From Roseibacillus sp. (GTDB taxonomy: Bacteria > Verrucomicrobiota > Verrucomicrobiia > Verrucomicrobiales > Akkermansiaceae): DNA of 64,000 nt. Shown in pieces: positions 45,945 to 55,984 of the stretch (positions within the stretch are counted from its first letter, which is position 1; each line of letters begins with the position of its first letter). The stretch is from positions 320,001 through 384,000 of the forward strand of contig JBPOGI010000002.1 of NCBI GenBank assembly GCA_051251855.1, in the 5' to 3' direction. The translations under genes were made by a program, and so were the position numbers. The notes under the pieces were generated by a model. It was not told the origin of the DNA and did no database searches. It saw nothing but the letters and a program-made list of their open reading frames with translations.

Positions 45945-48900
45945 GTGAAAGTACTTTCCACCCTTGTTCTGACAACTGGCCTCGTTTTCGGGGATGCCAC
46001 GCAGCCTCTGGCTCAAGAAAATCTCGTTTTTGCCGAGAAAGGGGGAGTGGTGGCTATTGAGGCTGAGCATTTCACCAAGCAGGAACTCACTGAGAAGCGC
46101 GCTTGGTATTTGACCACCAAAGAGAATGCCCCTGACGTGAAGCCCGATGGAGACCCTTCTCATATTGCGGGTGCTTCGGGTGGTGCTTATTTGGAGATTT
46201 TGCCTGATACGCGGCGCACTCATGGAGATAAGCTGATTAAGGGGGAGAATTTCACCGAGGAAATGGGCCAGATGGCGTTGTTGAGTTACCCAGTTCATTT
46301 CGAGACGGCAGGGACGTATTGGATTTGGGCGCGGGCTTGCTCGACCACTTCGGAGGATAATGGACTCCACTTTGGCATCAATGGAACTTGGCCGGCGACT
46401 GCGCGTCGCTGGCAGACCGTGGTGAAGAATAAGTGGCACTGGAAGTCAGCTCAGCGAACGGAGAAGGTGCATGTGGGAGTGCCAGGGATTCTGACGCTGG
46501 ATGTTCCATCGGCAGGAGTTCACACGATTCAGGTTTCGATGCGGGAGGATGGGATTTCGTTGGATAAGATTTTGTTGGCCAATCGCAAGGACTACACGCC
46601 TGAAGGCTTGGGGCCGGATTCGGTAGTTCACGCGGGTGAGTTTCCTAAAGCTTTTCCTTTTGTGAAGGCCCAGGCGGAACCAAAAGCGGCACCGAAGAAA
46701 AAACAGGTGGCTGCGCCTAAGCCGGTGAGTTTACCAGTCAAGAGTTTCCAGTTAGAGGGCTCGGACTACTATCTCGACCAAGGAAAATGGGCGGCCATCA
46801 ATCCTGAGAAACATCAAGCGGCGGTCACTTCAGCATCATCTCCATTTCCTGCTGGGCGCTACGATATTGTTCTCGAGGCTGTCGGGGAGAACGATGGGCA
46901 ATGCACCTATACGGTGGCGGTTAATGACGAGGTGTTGGGCGTTCACATTGCGCCTTTAGCAAAAGAGACTTTCGAGGAAGGGCCCAAGTATCATGGCACT
47001 TTCAAGAATATTGAGGTGAATCCTGGCGATGTGATCAAAGTGGCTTCCGTGGTCGCGAGCGCGGATGGAAAAGAGTATTCCCGAGCACGTTGGTCTGGAC
47101 TGACCTTTCGCGCAGCGGACAACGCGACCAAGAAAGCGCTTGCTGGTTATCAGGCTCCCACGAAAAAAGCTGCGCCAGCCAAACCTGCCGGACCTCCTCT
47201 CCAACAACCCCGCCAGCCGGATGGCGACGGGTCGGTGGTGGTCAGTGGCGAACTGAAGCAGTGGCATGCGGTCTCGCTGACTTTCGATGGCCCTTTTGCG
47301 CACGAGCTCGATCGTCAGCCTAATCCTTTTACTGATTATCAGTTCGACGTCGTTTTCACTCATGAGTCAGGCACTTCGATGAAGGTTCCTGGCTTCTTTG
47401 CTGCCGATGGCAATGCGGCGGAGTCCTCAGCGCAATCGGGCACCCAGTGGCGTGTCTTCTTCAGTCCTAACCAGACCGGAAAGTGGAGCTACGAGGCTTC
47501 CTTCCTCACGGCTCCACAAATCGTCAATGGAGCCAAGGGTGCTCAACCATTGAAGCCTTTACATGGGGTGAAAGGCAGTATCGAGATTGCTGCTTCTGAT
47601 AAGAAGGCTCCTGACTTTCGTGGGCGAGGGCGTTTGGCTTATGTCGGTAAGCACCTGTTACAGTTCCAAGGCGATAAGAGTTACTTCTTAAAGGCGGGCG
47701 CTGATGCTCCAGAGACCTTTTTGGCCTATGTCGATTTTGATGACACCACGACTTTGAACGCCAAGAAAGGTCCGCTGAAGACTTGGTCCGCTCATGAGCA
47801 GGATTGGAAGGCTGGCGACCCGACTTGGAAAGGTGGCAAAGGGAAGGGCATGATTGGGGCGCTTAACTATTTGGCTGAAGAGGAATGCAATGCTTTCTCT
47901 TTCCTTCCCTACAATGTCGATGGGGATGGGAGTAACATATGGCCCTTTGCGGCTCCGCGTGAAAAGTTTCACTATGATTGTAGCAAGTTAGACCAGTGGA
48001 ACATCGTGTTTGATCATGCGATGGTGAAGGGCCTCTATCTCCACTTTAAAATGCAGGAGACCGAAATTGATGACAACCGGGGAGGTCACCGAGGGAAAGA
48101 GGGAGTCGTTGCTTCCTCCTTGGACGGAGGAAAGTTAGGACCGGAACGAAAGCTTTATTGCCGCGAGTTGATTGCTCGTTTTGGGCATCACCTTGCGCTG
48201 AACTGGAATCTCTGTGAAGAGAGCACTCAATCCACGGAGGAGCAAGTGGCTATGGCGGATTACATTCAAGAGTTGGATCCTTACGACAATCATTTGGTGC
48301 TCCACACCTACCCTGACCAGCAGGACAAGGTCTACAATCCGCTCCTTGGGAACAAATCCTTCACGGGTGCTTCTTTGCAGAACAGTAATTTGAAGGACTG
48401 TCACAAGCAGGTGCTCAAGTGGGTGTCGAAGTCGCAGGAGAAGGGGCAACCTTGGGTTGTGGCTTTTGATGAGCCAGGGAACGCTCAGATCGGAATGCCT
48501 GCGGATCCCGACTATCCCGGGATGCCCAAGAACTATGACGGCCCCAGTATTCACGATTGCCGCAAGTATACCCTCTGGGGAACTTTGATGGCTGGTGGCG
48601 CTGGGGTGGAGTATTACTTTGGTTACAAACTTCCTCAGAACGACTTGATTTGCGAAGACTGGCGCTCGCGGGATAAGAGTTGGGACTATTGCCGCTTTGC
48701 TCTCAACTTTTTCCGCGACCAGAACATTCCAGTGGAGGCAATGACGAATCGCAATGAACTCGTTGGAAATACAAAGGACGATAACTCCAAGTATTGCTTC
48801 GCGAAGGAAGGGGAGGTCTATCTCGTTTACTTGCCGACGGGTGGAAAATCGGAACTGAAGATTGCGAAGGGAAATTATACCACGGCGTGGTTTAATCCTC

Positions 48901-48992
48901 GCACGGGCGAAATGGGGAAAGCCTCCAAGTTCGTTGCGCCACTGCAAGCGCCTGATGGCGAAGATTGGTTGGCGGTTATTCGGAAGAAGTAA
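45945..48992 (+). CDS. Multidomain DUF5060 putative glycoside hydrolase
   Basis: N-terminal IEAEHF CBM-like module, NPF...VPGFFAADG (DUF5060), TIM-barrel-like WNLCEE and AFDEPG, C-terminal WFNPRTG...DWL. Confidence 0.85.
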   Translation: MKVLSTLVLTTGLVFGDATQPLAQENLVFAEKGGVVAIEAEHFTKQELTEKRAWYLTTKENAPDVKPDGDPSHIAGASGGAYLEILPDTRRTHGDKLIKGENFTEEMGQMALLSYPVHFETAGTYWIWARACSTTSEDNGLHFGINGTWPATARRWQTVVKNKWHWKSAQRTEKVHVGVPGILTLDVPSAGVHTIQVSMREDGISLDKILLANRKDYTPEGLGPDSVVHAGEFPKAFPFVKAQAEPKAAPKKKQVAAPKPVSLPVKSFQLEGSDYYLDQGKWAAINPEKHQAAVTSASSPFPAGRYDIVLEAVGENDGQCTYTVAVNDEVLGVHIAPLAKETFEEGPKYHGTFKNIEVNPGDVIKVASVVASADGKEYSRARWSGLTFRAADNATKKALAGYQAPTKKAAPAKPAGPPLQQPRQPDGDGSVVVSGELKQWHAVSLTFDGPFAHELDRQPNPFTDYQFDVVFTHESGTSMKVPGFFAADGNAAESSAQSGTQWRVFFSPNQTGKWSYEASFLTAPQIVNGAKGAQPLKPLHGVKGSIEIAASDKKAPDFRGRGRLAYVGKHLLQFQGDKSYFLKAGADAPETFLAYVDFDDTTTLNAKKGPLKTWSAHEQDWKAGDPTWKGGKGKGMIGALNYLAEEECNAFSFLPYNVDGDGSNIWPFAAPREKFHYDCSKLDQWNIVFDHAMVKGLYLHFKMQETEIDDNRGGHRGKEGVVASSLDGGKLGPERKLYCRELIARFGHHLALNWNLCEESTQSTEEQVAMADYIQELDPYDNHLVLHTYPDQQDKVYNPLLGNKSFTGASLQNSNLKDCHKQVLKWVSKSQEKGQPWVVAFDEPGNAQIGMPADPDYPGMPKNYDGPSIHDCRKYTLWGTLMAGGAGVEYYFGYKLPQNDLICEDWRSRDKSWDYCRFALNFFRDQNIPVEAMTNRNELVGNTKDDNSKYCFAKEGEVYLVYLPTGGKSELKIAKGNYTTAWFNPRTGEMGKASKFVAPLQAPDGEDWLAVIRKK

Positions 48993-49605
48993 CGCGCTTC
49001 GATGCTAAGTTTGAGCCTGTCTGGAGTTCAGGTAGGCTTTCCTCCTGCCATGCTCTTTTCTGTCTGGCTGAAACAAACAGTAGGCAGAAGAAGGAGAGCA
49101 TGAAGAGGGCGAAGGACAGAATGCCACCCTCAAGAAGAGTCCAGATAAGGGTCGTCAGGAAGTTCCCGGAAGTGGGAATGACTTCAGTAAAGCCGAAAAA
49201 GCCACCGCTGTAATTCAAGATAGTGAGCGCGAGCATTCCTGCCCAGTAGTCAGGAACGAAAGTGATGATTTCTCGAGGATCGCGTCCACCATCGCTCATT
49301 GTGCTTAAGATAAGAAGGAGGCTAATCGCGGAAACGGCAAAGCGGATCTTGAGTGCGAGCCGAAGAGCTCGTGAGAGAAGGTGATTTGGATCGTGGAGAG
49401 GTTTCCAAAATGTGCTGATAGCTGAAAAGGCGAGAATGAAGGCTGTGACCCCAAAGAGCATGGCCGCGGTATTAACGGGAGAGCCAAAGAATCCCAAGTA
49501 AAGGCCTGCGATGGCAAAGCTGGGAGCCGCGCAGATCGCGCAATGAAGTCCCCAGTGGTGGAACTGTTCGAAAAATCGTTGAGCGGTTTCATTCATCAAG
49601 TTCAA
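48976..49605 (-). CDS. Hypothetical multi-pass membrane protein
   Basis: About five TM segments; follows nuoF on the same strand. Confidence 0.7.
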   Translation of the reverse strand: MNLMNETAQRFFEQFHHWGLHCAICAAPSFAIAGLYLGFFGSPVNTAAMLFGVTAFILAFSAISTFWKPLHDPNHLLSRALRLALKIRFAVSAISLLLILSTMSDGGRDPREIITFVPDYWAGMLALTILNYSGGFFGFTEVIPTSGNFLTTLIWTLLEGGILSFALFMLSFFCLLFVSARQKRAWQEESLPELQTGSNLASKRVTSSE

Positions 49606-49674
49606 ATTGCCGAGGCAAGATGAAGTCTTGATGAAGCGGAGGTGAAGACTTTGGTGTTCTCACACTCTCTCCAA

Positions 49675-51069
49675 CTAAGCGGGCTCGAGGAACTTTTCGC
49701 GCTCGGCTTGTTCGGACGACTTGGTGACGTTGTCTTCGCTCGTTTCGGCGATAAGCTCGTCGCGGTATTTCGCGATGATGGCTTCCACGGGCCAGGCAGA
49801 AGCTTCGCCGAAGGCGCAGATGGTACGTCCGTCGATTTGGTAGGCGATGGATTCGAGGGTGTCGATGTCTTCGGGGCGCGCTTTGCCGGAGGCGATGCGG
49901 TCGGAGACTTTCTTCATCCAACCATTTCCTTCGCGGCACGGGGTGCACTGGCCACAGCTTTCGTGGGCGTAGAAGTGGTTGATGTTGTTAAGGACCCAAG
50001 AAATTTTGCGGGAGTTATCAATGACGATGACACCACCGGAGCCGGCCATGGAGCCACAGGCGGCGAGGGTGTCGAAGTCCATGGGGATGTCCCAGAAGTC
50101 GAGGTTCTTGGCGTCGTCGCCTTTGCCGATTTTGAAACTTTCGTCGCAGCGGAGAATCTTGGAAGAAGAGCCGCCGGGAATGACTGCTTTGAACTCTTTG
50201 CCATCTTTAGGTCCACCGCACATGTCGTAGAGAAGTTCACGCATGGTGATTTTTCCAACCTGAATCTCGAAGTATCCGGGCTTTTTGACATCGCCAGAGA
50301 CACAGAGAATGCGGGTGCCGGTGTTGCGGGCCACGCCCAGTTTGGCGTACTCCTCGCCTCCCATTTCGAGAATGTGCTTCACGTGGCAAAGGGACTCCAC
50401 GTTGTTCACGATGGTCGGAGCCATGTAGAGCCCGAGAGCGGCAGGAAAGTAAGGGGGCTTAATGCGGGGGTAGGGGCGTTTGCCCTCAAGGGACTCGATG
50501 AGGCCCGTTTCTTCGCCGCAAATGTAGGCAGCAGCACCACGATGAATATGGATCTCGAGGTCAAAGCCGGAACCTTGAATGTCTTTGCCGAGAAAACCCT
50601 TTTCGTGACACTCCTCGATCGCCTTTTCGACAATGTGGGCGGCAGCGGGAAACTCTTCCCGAATATAAATGTAAGCCACGTGTGCTCCCACTGCGAAAGC
50701 GGAGATGATCATCCCTTCGAGGAGTTGGTGAGGGTCTTGATGAACCACGTATCGGTCCTTAAAGGTGCCGGGTTCAGATTCGTCGCAGTTGCAAATGAGG
50801 TAGACGGGCTTGGTGTTGTTGGGTGGGATGAACCCCCACTTCACGCCTGTTGGGAAGCCAGCTCCGCCACGGCCACGGAGTCCAGAAGCCTTGACCTCGT
50901 CAGTGACGGCTTTGGGCTCCATTTTGAGAGCCTTTTTCATCTGCTCGTAGTAGCCGTCCTGCAAAGCGCGATCGATGGAGGGATTCCAGTCAACGCGGTC
51001 GATGTTGCGGAAAATGAGACGGTGCTCCTGGGCGAGAGGCTCTTTGCCTTCTTTGTATTGAATAGACAT
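49675..51069 (-). CDS. nuoF: NADH-quinone oxidoreductase subunit F
   Basis: GLRGRGGAGFPTG, NCDESEPGTFKDR, YICGEET, ESCGQCTPCREG. Confidence 0.97.
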   Translation of the reverse strand: MSIQYKEGKEPLAQEHRLIFRNIDRVDWNPSIDRALQDGYYEQMKKALKMEPKAVTDEVKASGLRGRGGAGFPTGVKWGFIPPNNTKPVYLICNCDESEPGTFKDRYVVHQDPHQLLEGMIISAFAVGAHVAYIYIREEFPAAAHIVEKAIEECHEKGFLGKDIQGSGFDLEIHIHRGAAAYICGEETGLIESLEGKRPYPRIKPPYFPAALGLYMAPTIVNNVESLCHVKHILEMGGEEYAKLGVARNTGTRILCVSGDVKKPGYFEIQVGKITMRELLYDMCGGPKDGKEFKAVIPGGSSSKILRCDESFKIGKGDDAKNLDFWDIPMDFDTLAACGSMAGSGGVIVIDNSRKISWVLNNINHFYAHESCGQCTPCREGNGWMKKVSDRIASGKARPEDIDTLESIAYQIDGRTICAFGEASAWPVEAIIAKYRDELIAETSEDNVTKSSEQAEREKFLEPA

Positions 51070-51086
51070 TTCGAGGTCAGGTGAGG

Positions 51087-51659
51087 TTAGGCCTTGGGAT
51101 ACTTGTTGAGAAGTTCCTGTGCTTTTTCAGCAGGAATATCTTCGTGGAAATCATCGTTGACGAGACAGACGGGCCCGGTGCCGCAAGAGGCGAGACATTC
51201 GGCGAACTCGACGGAGTAGTTTCCACAAGGGGAAACGACGATGGGACTTTCGTGAGAGGTTTGAGAACGGTCGATACCGGTCAGTTCACAAACTTTATCC
51301 ATGAGCTCATGAGAACCAGCCATGGCACAGGAGAGGGTGCGACAGACGCGGATATGAAATTTTCCAGGAGCACTTTGGCGGAGTCCGGGATAGAAGGTGA
51401 CCACTTCGACGACCTGTATCGGTTCGATTTCAAGTTTGCCGGCGACCCAGTCGATGGACTCAGCGCTGATGAAGCCAAACCTGTGCTGCACGTCGTGAAG
51501 CAACATGAGGACCGCAGAGCGTTTTTGGTCCGCGGGGTAGTGACTGATCCAGCGGTCCGCCTTTCCGTTCAGCTCATCGTCAGCGACGAAGGGCGGAAAG
51601 TTTTTCGACCCCGGGGTTTCCGGAGAGGCGATGTTTTTATCGAGAATGCTTTGAGACAT
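51087..51659 (-). CDS. nuoE: NADH-quinone oxidoreductase subunit E
   Basis: VTFY, CRTLSC, ECLASC 2Fe-2S ligands. Confidence 0.95.
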   Translation of the reverse strand: MSQSILDKNIASPETPGSKNFPPFVADDELNGKADRWISHYPADQKRSAVLMLLHDVQHRFGFISAESIDWVAGKLEIEPIQVVEVVTFYPGLRQSAPGKFHIRVCRTLSCAMAGSHELMDKVCELTGIDRSQTSHESPIVVSPCGNYSVEFAECLASCGTGPVCLVNDDFHEDIPAEKAQELLNKYPKA

Positions 51660-51692
51660 AGCAGGTGATTGTTTGCAGCTGAAAAAATTGAA

Positions 51693-52955
51693 CTATCGAT
51701 CGCACTCGCCCATCACGAAGTCTAGGGAACCCAGGATGGCGGGGATGTCGGAGACCATGTGCCCGGGAAGGAGCACGTCGAGGAGAGAAAGGTTGATGAA
51801 AGACGGGCTGCGGATTTTGAGGCGGTAGGGGACTCCTCCGCCTTTCGAGCAAATGTAAAATCCAAGCTCGCCTTTGGGGTTTTCGGCTCCGAAGTAGACT
51901 TCGCCTTCAGGGGCGTCGATGCCTTGGGTGGAGACGATAAAGTGGTGAATCAATTCTTCCATGCTCATCATCACACGTTCTTTGTCGGGAAGAGTGCCCT
52001 TAGGATCGATGAGGTTGATGGGGCCGTCGGGAATGGTTTTGAGAACCTGGCGGATGATGCGAATGGATTGGCGCATTTCTTCCATGCGGACTTGATAGCG
52101 GGCGTAGCAATCGCCTTCGTCAGCAATGGGGACGTCGAAGTCGTATTGCTCGTAACCGAGGTAGGGATTGTCTTTGCGGAGATCGCGAGGAACTCCTGAG
52201 CCGCGCAAGTTGGGGCCAGTGATGCCGTAGGCGATAGCGTCTTCTTTGGTGATGACGCCCACATCGGCCATGCGGTTGATGAAGATGGTGTTCTTGTCGA
52301 GAAGCTTTGAGACCTCGTCGATGGCGACCTCGAACTCGTCGAGGTTTTTGAGAAGAGTCTCTTCGAAGCCTGGAGGCATGTCGCGCAGTTGGCCGCCAAC
52401 GCGAGTGTAAGAAGTGGTGAAGCGGGCTCCGGTGAGCTGCTCGCAGAGGTTGTAGATCTTTTCGCGCTCGGTGAAAGTGTAGAGAAAAACAGTCATCGCT
52501 CCCACGTCCATGGCGCAGACGCCGACTCCGAGGAGGTGGGCGGAGATGCGGGCGAGTTCGCAGCAGAGAACGCGCAGGGCTTGGCCGCGAGGGGGGAGTT
52601 CCCAGCCCATGAGCTTTTCGACGGCGCAGGCGTAGGCGACGTTGTTGGCGAGAGGGGCAAGGTAATCCAGTCGGTCGGTATAGGGAACGAACTGGTTGTA
52701 GTGCATGTTCTCCGCGATCTTCTCGTCACCACGGTGCAGGAAGCCCACGTCGGGGTCTGCTTTGGTAACGATCTCGCCATCGAGTTCAAGGATCAGCCTC
52801 AAAACACCGTGGGTCGCCGGGTGGGACGGCCCCATGTTGAGGACCATTTTTTCGCCAAGGAGGTCGGTAGTCTCAGCCTGATAATCCTCGATCGCAGTCG
52901 CCGCGCGGGCGGCTACATCGGGGGCCTCGTAAGTGGTGGTCGCAGAATCGCTCAT
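51693..52955 (-). CDS. nuoD: NADH-quinone oxidoreductase subunit D
   Basis: NMGPSHPATHGVLR, GFLHRG, DRLDY, ENPKGELG, DFVMGECDR; start taken at MSDS. Confidence 0.97.
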   Translation of the reverse strand: MSDSATTTYEAPDVAARAATAIEDYQAETTDLLGEKMVLNMGPSHPATHGVLRLILELDGEIVTKADPDVGFLHRGDEKIAENMHYNQFVPYTDRLDYLAPLANNVAYACAVEKLMGWELPPRGQALRVLCCELARISAHLLGVGVCAMDVGAMTVFLYTFTEREKIYNLCEQLTGARFTTSYTRVGGQLRDMPPGFEETLLKNLDEFEVAIDEVSKLLDKNTIFINRMADVGVITKEDAIAYGITGPNLRGSGVPRDLRKDNPYLGYEQYDFDVPIADEGDCYARYQVRMEEMRQSIRIIRQVLKTIPDGPINLIDPKGTLPDKERVMMSMEELIHHFIVSTQGIDAPEGEVYFGAENPKGELGFYICSKGGGVPYRLKIRSPSFINLSLLDVLLPGHMVSDIPAILGSLDFVMGECDR

Positions 52956-53003
52956 GCCTAATTTGCCAGAGAAATAAGGCCGCAAGACAGCCCTCCTCGC
53001 AAG

Positions 53004-53029
53004 GACTTTGTGAAAAATTTCACAAAGTC
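53004..53029. promoter_or_regulatory. Rex-type (or CRP-family) operator upstream of nuoD
   Basis: GACTTTGTGAAA-AA-TTTCACAAAGTC; core TTGTGAA-N4-TTCACAA. Confidence 0.7.
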
Positions 53030-53160
53030 GGATGTCATGGCCGAGAAGTATTCTCTTCGGCACCAGTGATTTGATCGAAAACGCGACAGGGATCTCACAA
53101 TTCTGTCTTCGAATGGTCGAAAAGTAGAGCCGCTGTCGCGTAGACAGTGAATGCAGTGGC

Positions 53161-53853
53161 CTAACGGCGACGGCGAATCAGCGCCAAACTCGAAAGGGTA
53201 GCGAGGAGTAGAGAACTCGGTTCTGGGATGGCGTTAATCTCGAGAACGGGGTCACCAGGATCGAAGGTGTTGCCTACGCCAGAGTAGGTTACATCGTCCT
53301 CATCGTTGACCGGAGCTGCAAGAATCTGAAAGTCCGAGCTCGAATTGATCGCAGCAATGAGCGCGGTTTCAGCAGCTCCCCCAAAACTGAGAGTGAAGTC
53401 ATCCTCAAGGCCTCCGGCGCGGCCAGCCATCTCGGCGATGGTAAAAGTTCCAAGAAGAATCGGTGCGGACGAAAATTCGCTATTGTTGATGCCGCTCGTG
53501 ACTGAAGTGTCGAACGCGAGGTCGTCATAACCAGTGCCTAGGTCGGAATCTTCAGAAAAATAGAGCGCGACCATCGTCCCATCCGAGAAACTACGGTCGT
53601 TGACCGTTAGGGTAAGGGTCGCGTCGGTAACGATAGAAATGGTGGGGCTGCCGAAGTCGCTCGCAGAGAAGTTGAAGGTGGCAATGGCATAGGAGGCAAA
53701 AGCATCGTCGTTGCCAGAGGCATAGAAATCGCTGCTGCCGCCGGGACCGGTGGTGCGAATGCGATCACTATCAGTAGCGGCCTCAGATACGAGTGCCGCT
53801 TTCACTTGAGTTATGGTTGCCACTCCAATGAGGAGGCAAATGGTATATTTCAT
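53161..53853 (-). CDS. PEP-CTERM sorting domain protein
   Basis: Signal peptide; C-terminal IPEPSSLLLATLSSLALIRRRR. Confidence 0.93.
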   Translation of the reverse strand: MKYTICLLIGVATITQVKAALVSEAATDSDRIRTTGPGGSSDFYASGNDDAFASYAIATFNFSASDFGSPTISIVTDATLTLTVNDRSFSDGTMVALYFSEDSDLGTGYDDLAFDTSVTSGINNSEFSSAPILLGTFTIAEMAGRAGGLEDDFTLSFGGAAETALIAAINSSSDFQILAAPVNDEDDVTYSGVGNTFDPGDPVLEINAIPEPSSLLLATLSSLALIRRRR

Positions 53854-53895
53854 AGTCTTAAATCGGGGTTGTGTTGTTGTCCGACGCCAACGTTC

Positions 53896-53911
53896 AGCAG
53901 CTTTCTTGCCA
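53896..53911 (-). promoter_or_regulatory. Possible sigma-54 promoter for the PEP-CTERM gene
   Basis: TGGCAA-GAAAG-CTGCT keeps GG-N10-GC spacing. Confidence 0.4.
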
Positions 53912-54076
53912 TCAAAACGGCGGTGTTGTCCCTCAAGGCAAATTCACAAATGGTATCGGGATCTGAGAAGAAAAGTGGCTCGTGGGAAAATACGCCCGAG
54001 CAACTGTTGAAAAACAAACGCTCACAAAGATGGACTTTTCCGAAAAATCAGGGCAGACAGCGCGCCGAATCTACTT

Positions 54077-55900
54077 ATGAGCGCTCTCGAAACACTCCGC
54101 AACGTGGCTATTATCGCGCACGTTGACCATGGCAAGACCACCCTTGTTGACGAACTTCTCAAGGCCGGTGGTGCGGTTGAGGCGCACCAGCAGCTCGCTG
54201 AACGTGCCATGGACTCCATGGACTTGGAGAAAGAGAAGGGCATCACCATCAAGGCCAAGAACACGGCCGTGAACTGGAAAGATTACACCATTAACATCGT
54301 CGACACCCCTGGACACGCCGACTTCGGTGGTGAGGTGGAGCGCGTGATGCGCATGGTGGATGGCGTTTTGGTGGTGGTTGATGCTTATGAAGGGCCTCAG
54401 GCTCAGACTCGCTTTGTGCTGCGGAAGGCTTTGGAGGCAGGATTGCTCCCCATTGTGGTCATTAACAAGATTGACCGTGATGCGGCTGACCCTCTTGCGG
54501 TGGAAGACAAGGTGCTTGAGCTTCTGATGGAGCTGGGAGCGACTGAAGAGCAGTTCGAGAGTCCTGTCGTTTACGGTTCTGCGAAGAACGGCTTTTTTAT
54601 TCGTAATCTCGATGACCCCCGCGAGTCGGTGGAGCCACTGCTCGAGGTCATTGCCGAGCGTGTTCCTCATCCCACGGCGGATCCTGATGGTGACTTCCAG
54701 ATGCTGGTGAGTAATATCGACTGGGATGATTATGTGGGTCGAGTTGCACTTGGAAAGATTCAGGCTGGTGTCGTGCGTAAGGGCGACAGCCTCTTCCGCC
54801 TCCTCAAGGATGGCACCAGCAAGCGTGCGAAGGTGACGAAAATTTTTGAATACACCAAGCTCGGTCATTTGGAGACTGATATTGGGGAAGCTGGTAATAT
54901 CGTTGGTATTGCGGGTTTCGAAGACGTCGATATTGGTGAGACTCTGGTTGCCAATGAAGAAGTGGAAGCGCTGCCCTTCATGGACATCGATCCCCCAACC
55001 GTCCAGATGCAGTTTGCGGTCAACGACGGTCCTTTTGCAGGCCTTGATGGTAAGAAGGTGACTTCACGTGCGATTTGGGATCGTCTCATGCGCGAACTCA
55101 AAACCAATATTTCGATTGAAGTCTCTGAGTCTGATCAGGGTGGTGTCTTCAACGTTTCTGCTCGGGGAGCGATGCAGATTTCCGTTCTTGTCGAGACCAT
55201 GCGTCGTGAAGGGTTCGAGGTTCTTGTTTCTCGCCCAACGGTCATTACCAAGGAGATCGATGGTCAGACCATGGAGCCCTACGAAACTCTTTACTTGGAG
55301 CTTCCCGAGGGAACTCAGGGTGGCGTTATTCAGGCTCTTGCTTCTCGCAAAGGCACCGTCGAAGTGATGGAGCCACGCGGCACTATGAGTTACATCGAAG
55401 TCGCGATTCCAACCAAAGGTCTGATTGGTTTCGAATTCGAACTCATGAACTTGACCAGTGGTCACGGGGTCATGTCTCACCTCTTTAAAGAGTATCGCCC
55501 TGAGATTGGCCGTATCCGGACTCGCCAGAACGGAACTCTCGTTTCGATGGCACAGGGTAAGGCGATGGCCTATTCCTTGGAAGCACTTGAGACGCGCGGA
55601 ATTTTATTCGTCGGGCCACAGGAAGACATCTACGAAGGAATGGTCATCGGGCAGAACTCACGTGATGGCGATCTTCCCGTTAACCCTGTCAAAGCAAAGA
55701 ACCTCACGAACCACCGTTCGGCAGGTAAGGATAACTTCTCAGGCCTCAAACCACCTCTTAAGATGAGCTTGGAACGTGCTATCGAATACATCGAAGGAGA
55801 CGAGTTCGTGGAAGTGACTCCAAATCATATCCGCCTTCGTAAGCGCATCCTCGATCCCAACGTGCGCAAGCGCTCGGAGAAGAACGAGAAGGACGCTTAA
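54077..55900 (+). CDS. typA: Translational GTPase TypA/BipA
   Basis: [43 protein letters not shown]. Confidence 0.97.
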   Translation: MSALETLRNVAIIAHVDHGKTTLVDELLKAGGAVEAHQQLAERAMDSMDLEKEKGITIKAKNTAVNWKDYTINIVDTPGHADFGGEVERVMRMVDGVLVVVDAYEGPQAQTRFVLRKALEAGLLPIVVINKIDRDAADPLAVEDKVLELLMELGATEEQFESPVVYGSAKNGFFIRNLDDPRESVEPLLEVIAERVPHPTADPDGDFQMLVSNIDWDDYVGRVALGKIQAGVVRKGDSLFRLLKDGTSKRAKVTKIFEYTKLGHLETDIGEAGNIVGIAGFEDVDIGETLVANEEVEALPFMDIDPPTVQMQFAVNDGPFAGLDGKKVTSRAIWDRLMRELKTNISIEVSESDQGGVFNVSARGAMQISVLVETMRREGFEVLVSRPTVITKEIDGQTMEPYETLYLELPEGTQGGVIQALASRKGTVEVMEPRGTMSYIEVAIPTKGLIGFEFELMNLTSGHGVMSHLFKEYRPEIGRIRTRQNGTLVSMAQGKAMAYSLEALETRGILFVGPQEDIYEGMVIGQNSRDGDLPVNPVKAKNLTNHRSAGKDNFSGLKPPLKMSLERAIEYIEGDEFVEVTPNHIRLRKRILDPNVRKRSEKNEKDA

Positions 55901-55906
55901 GGAAAT

Positions 55907-55979
55907 GGAGCAAGGGCATTCCTGTCCTTGTTTGTTTGCAATCGTTGGTAGTGGTCAGGGACAGGAATGTCCCTGCTCC
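55907..55979. repeat. GGAG-type REP-like inverted doublet
   Basis: GGAGCAAGGGCATTCCTGTCCTT ... AGGGACAGGAATGTCCCTGCTCC, 23-bp arms with 3 mismatches. Confidence 0.7.
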
Positions 55980-55984
55980 GTTGA

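Noticed and set aside
49642..51084. 480-aa plus-strand ORF
   Set aside because: Antisense shadow of nuoF; the same applies to long antisense ORFs over thrS, GH92, gatB and the sulfatase.
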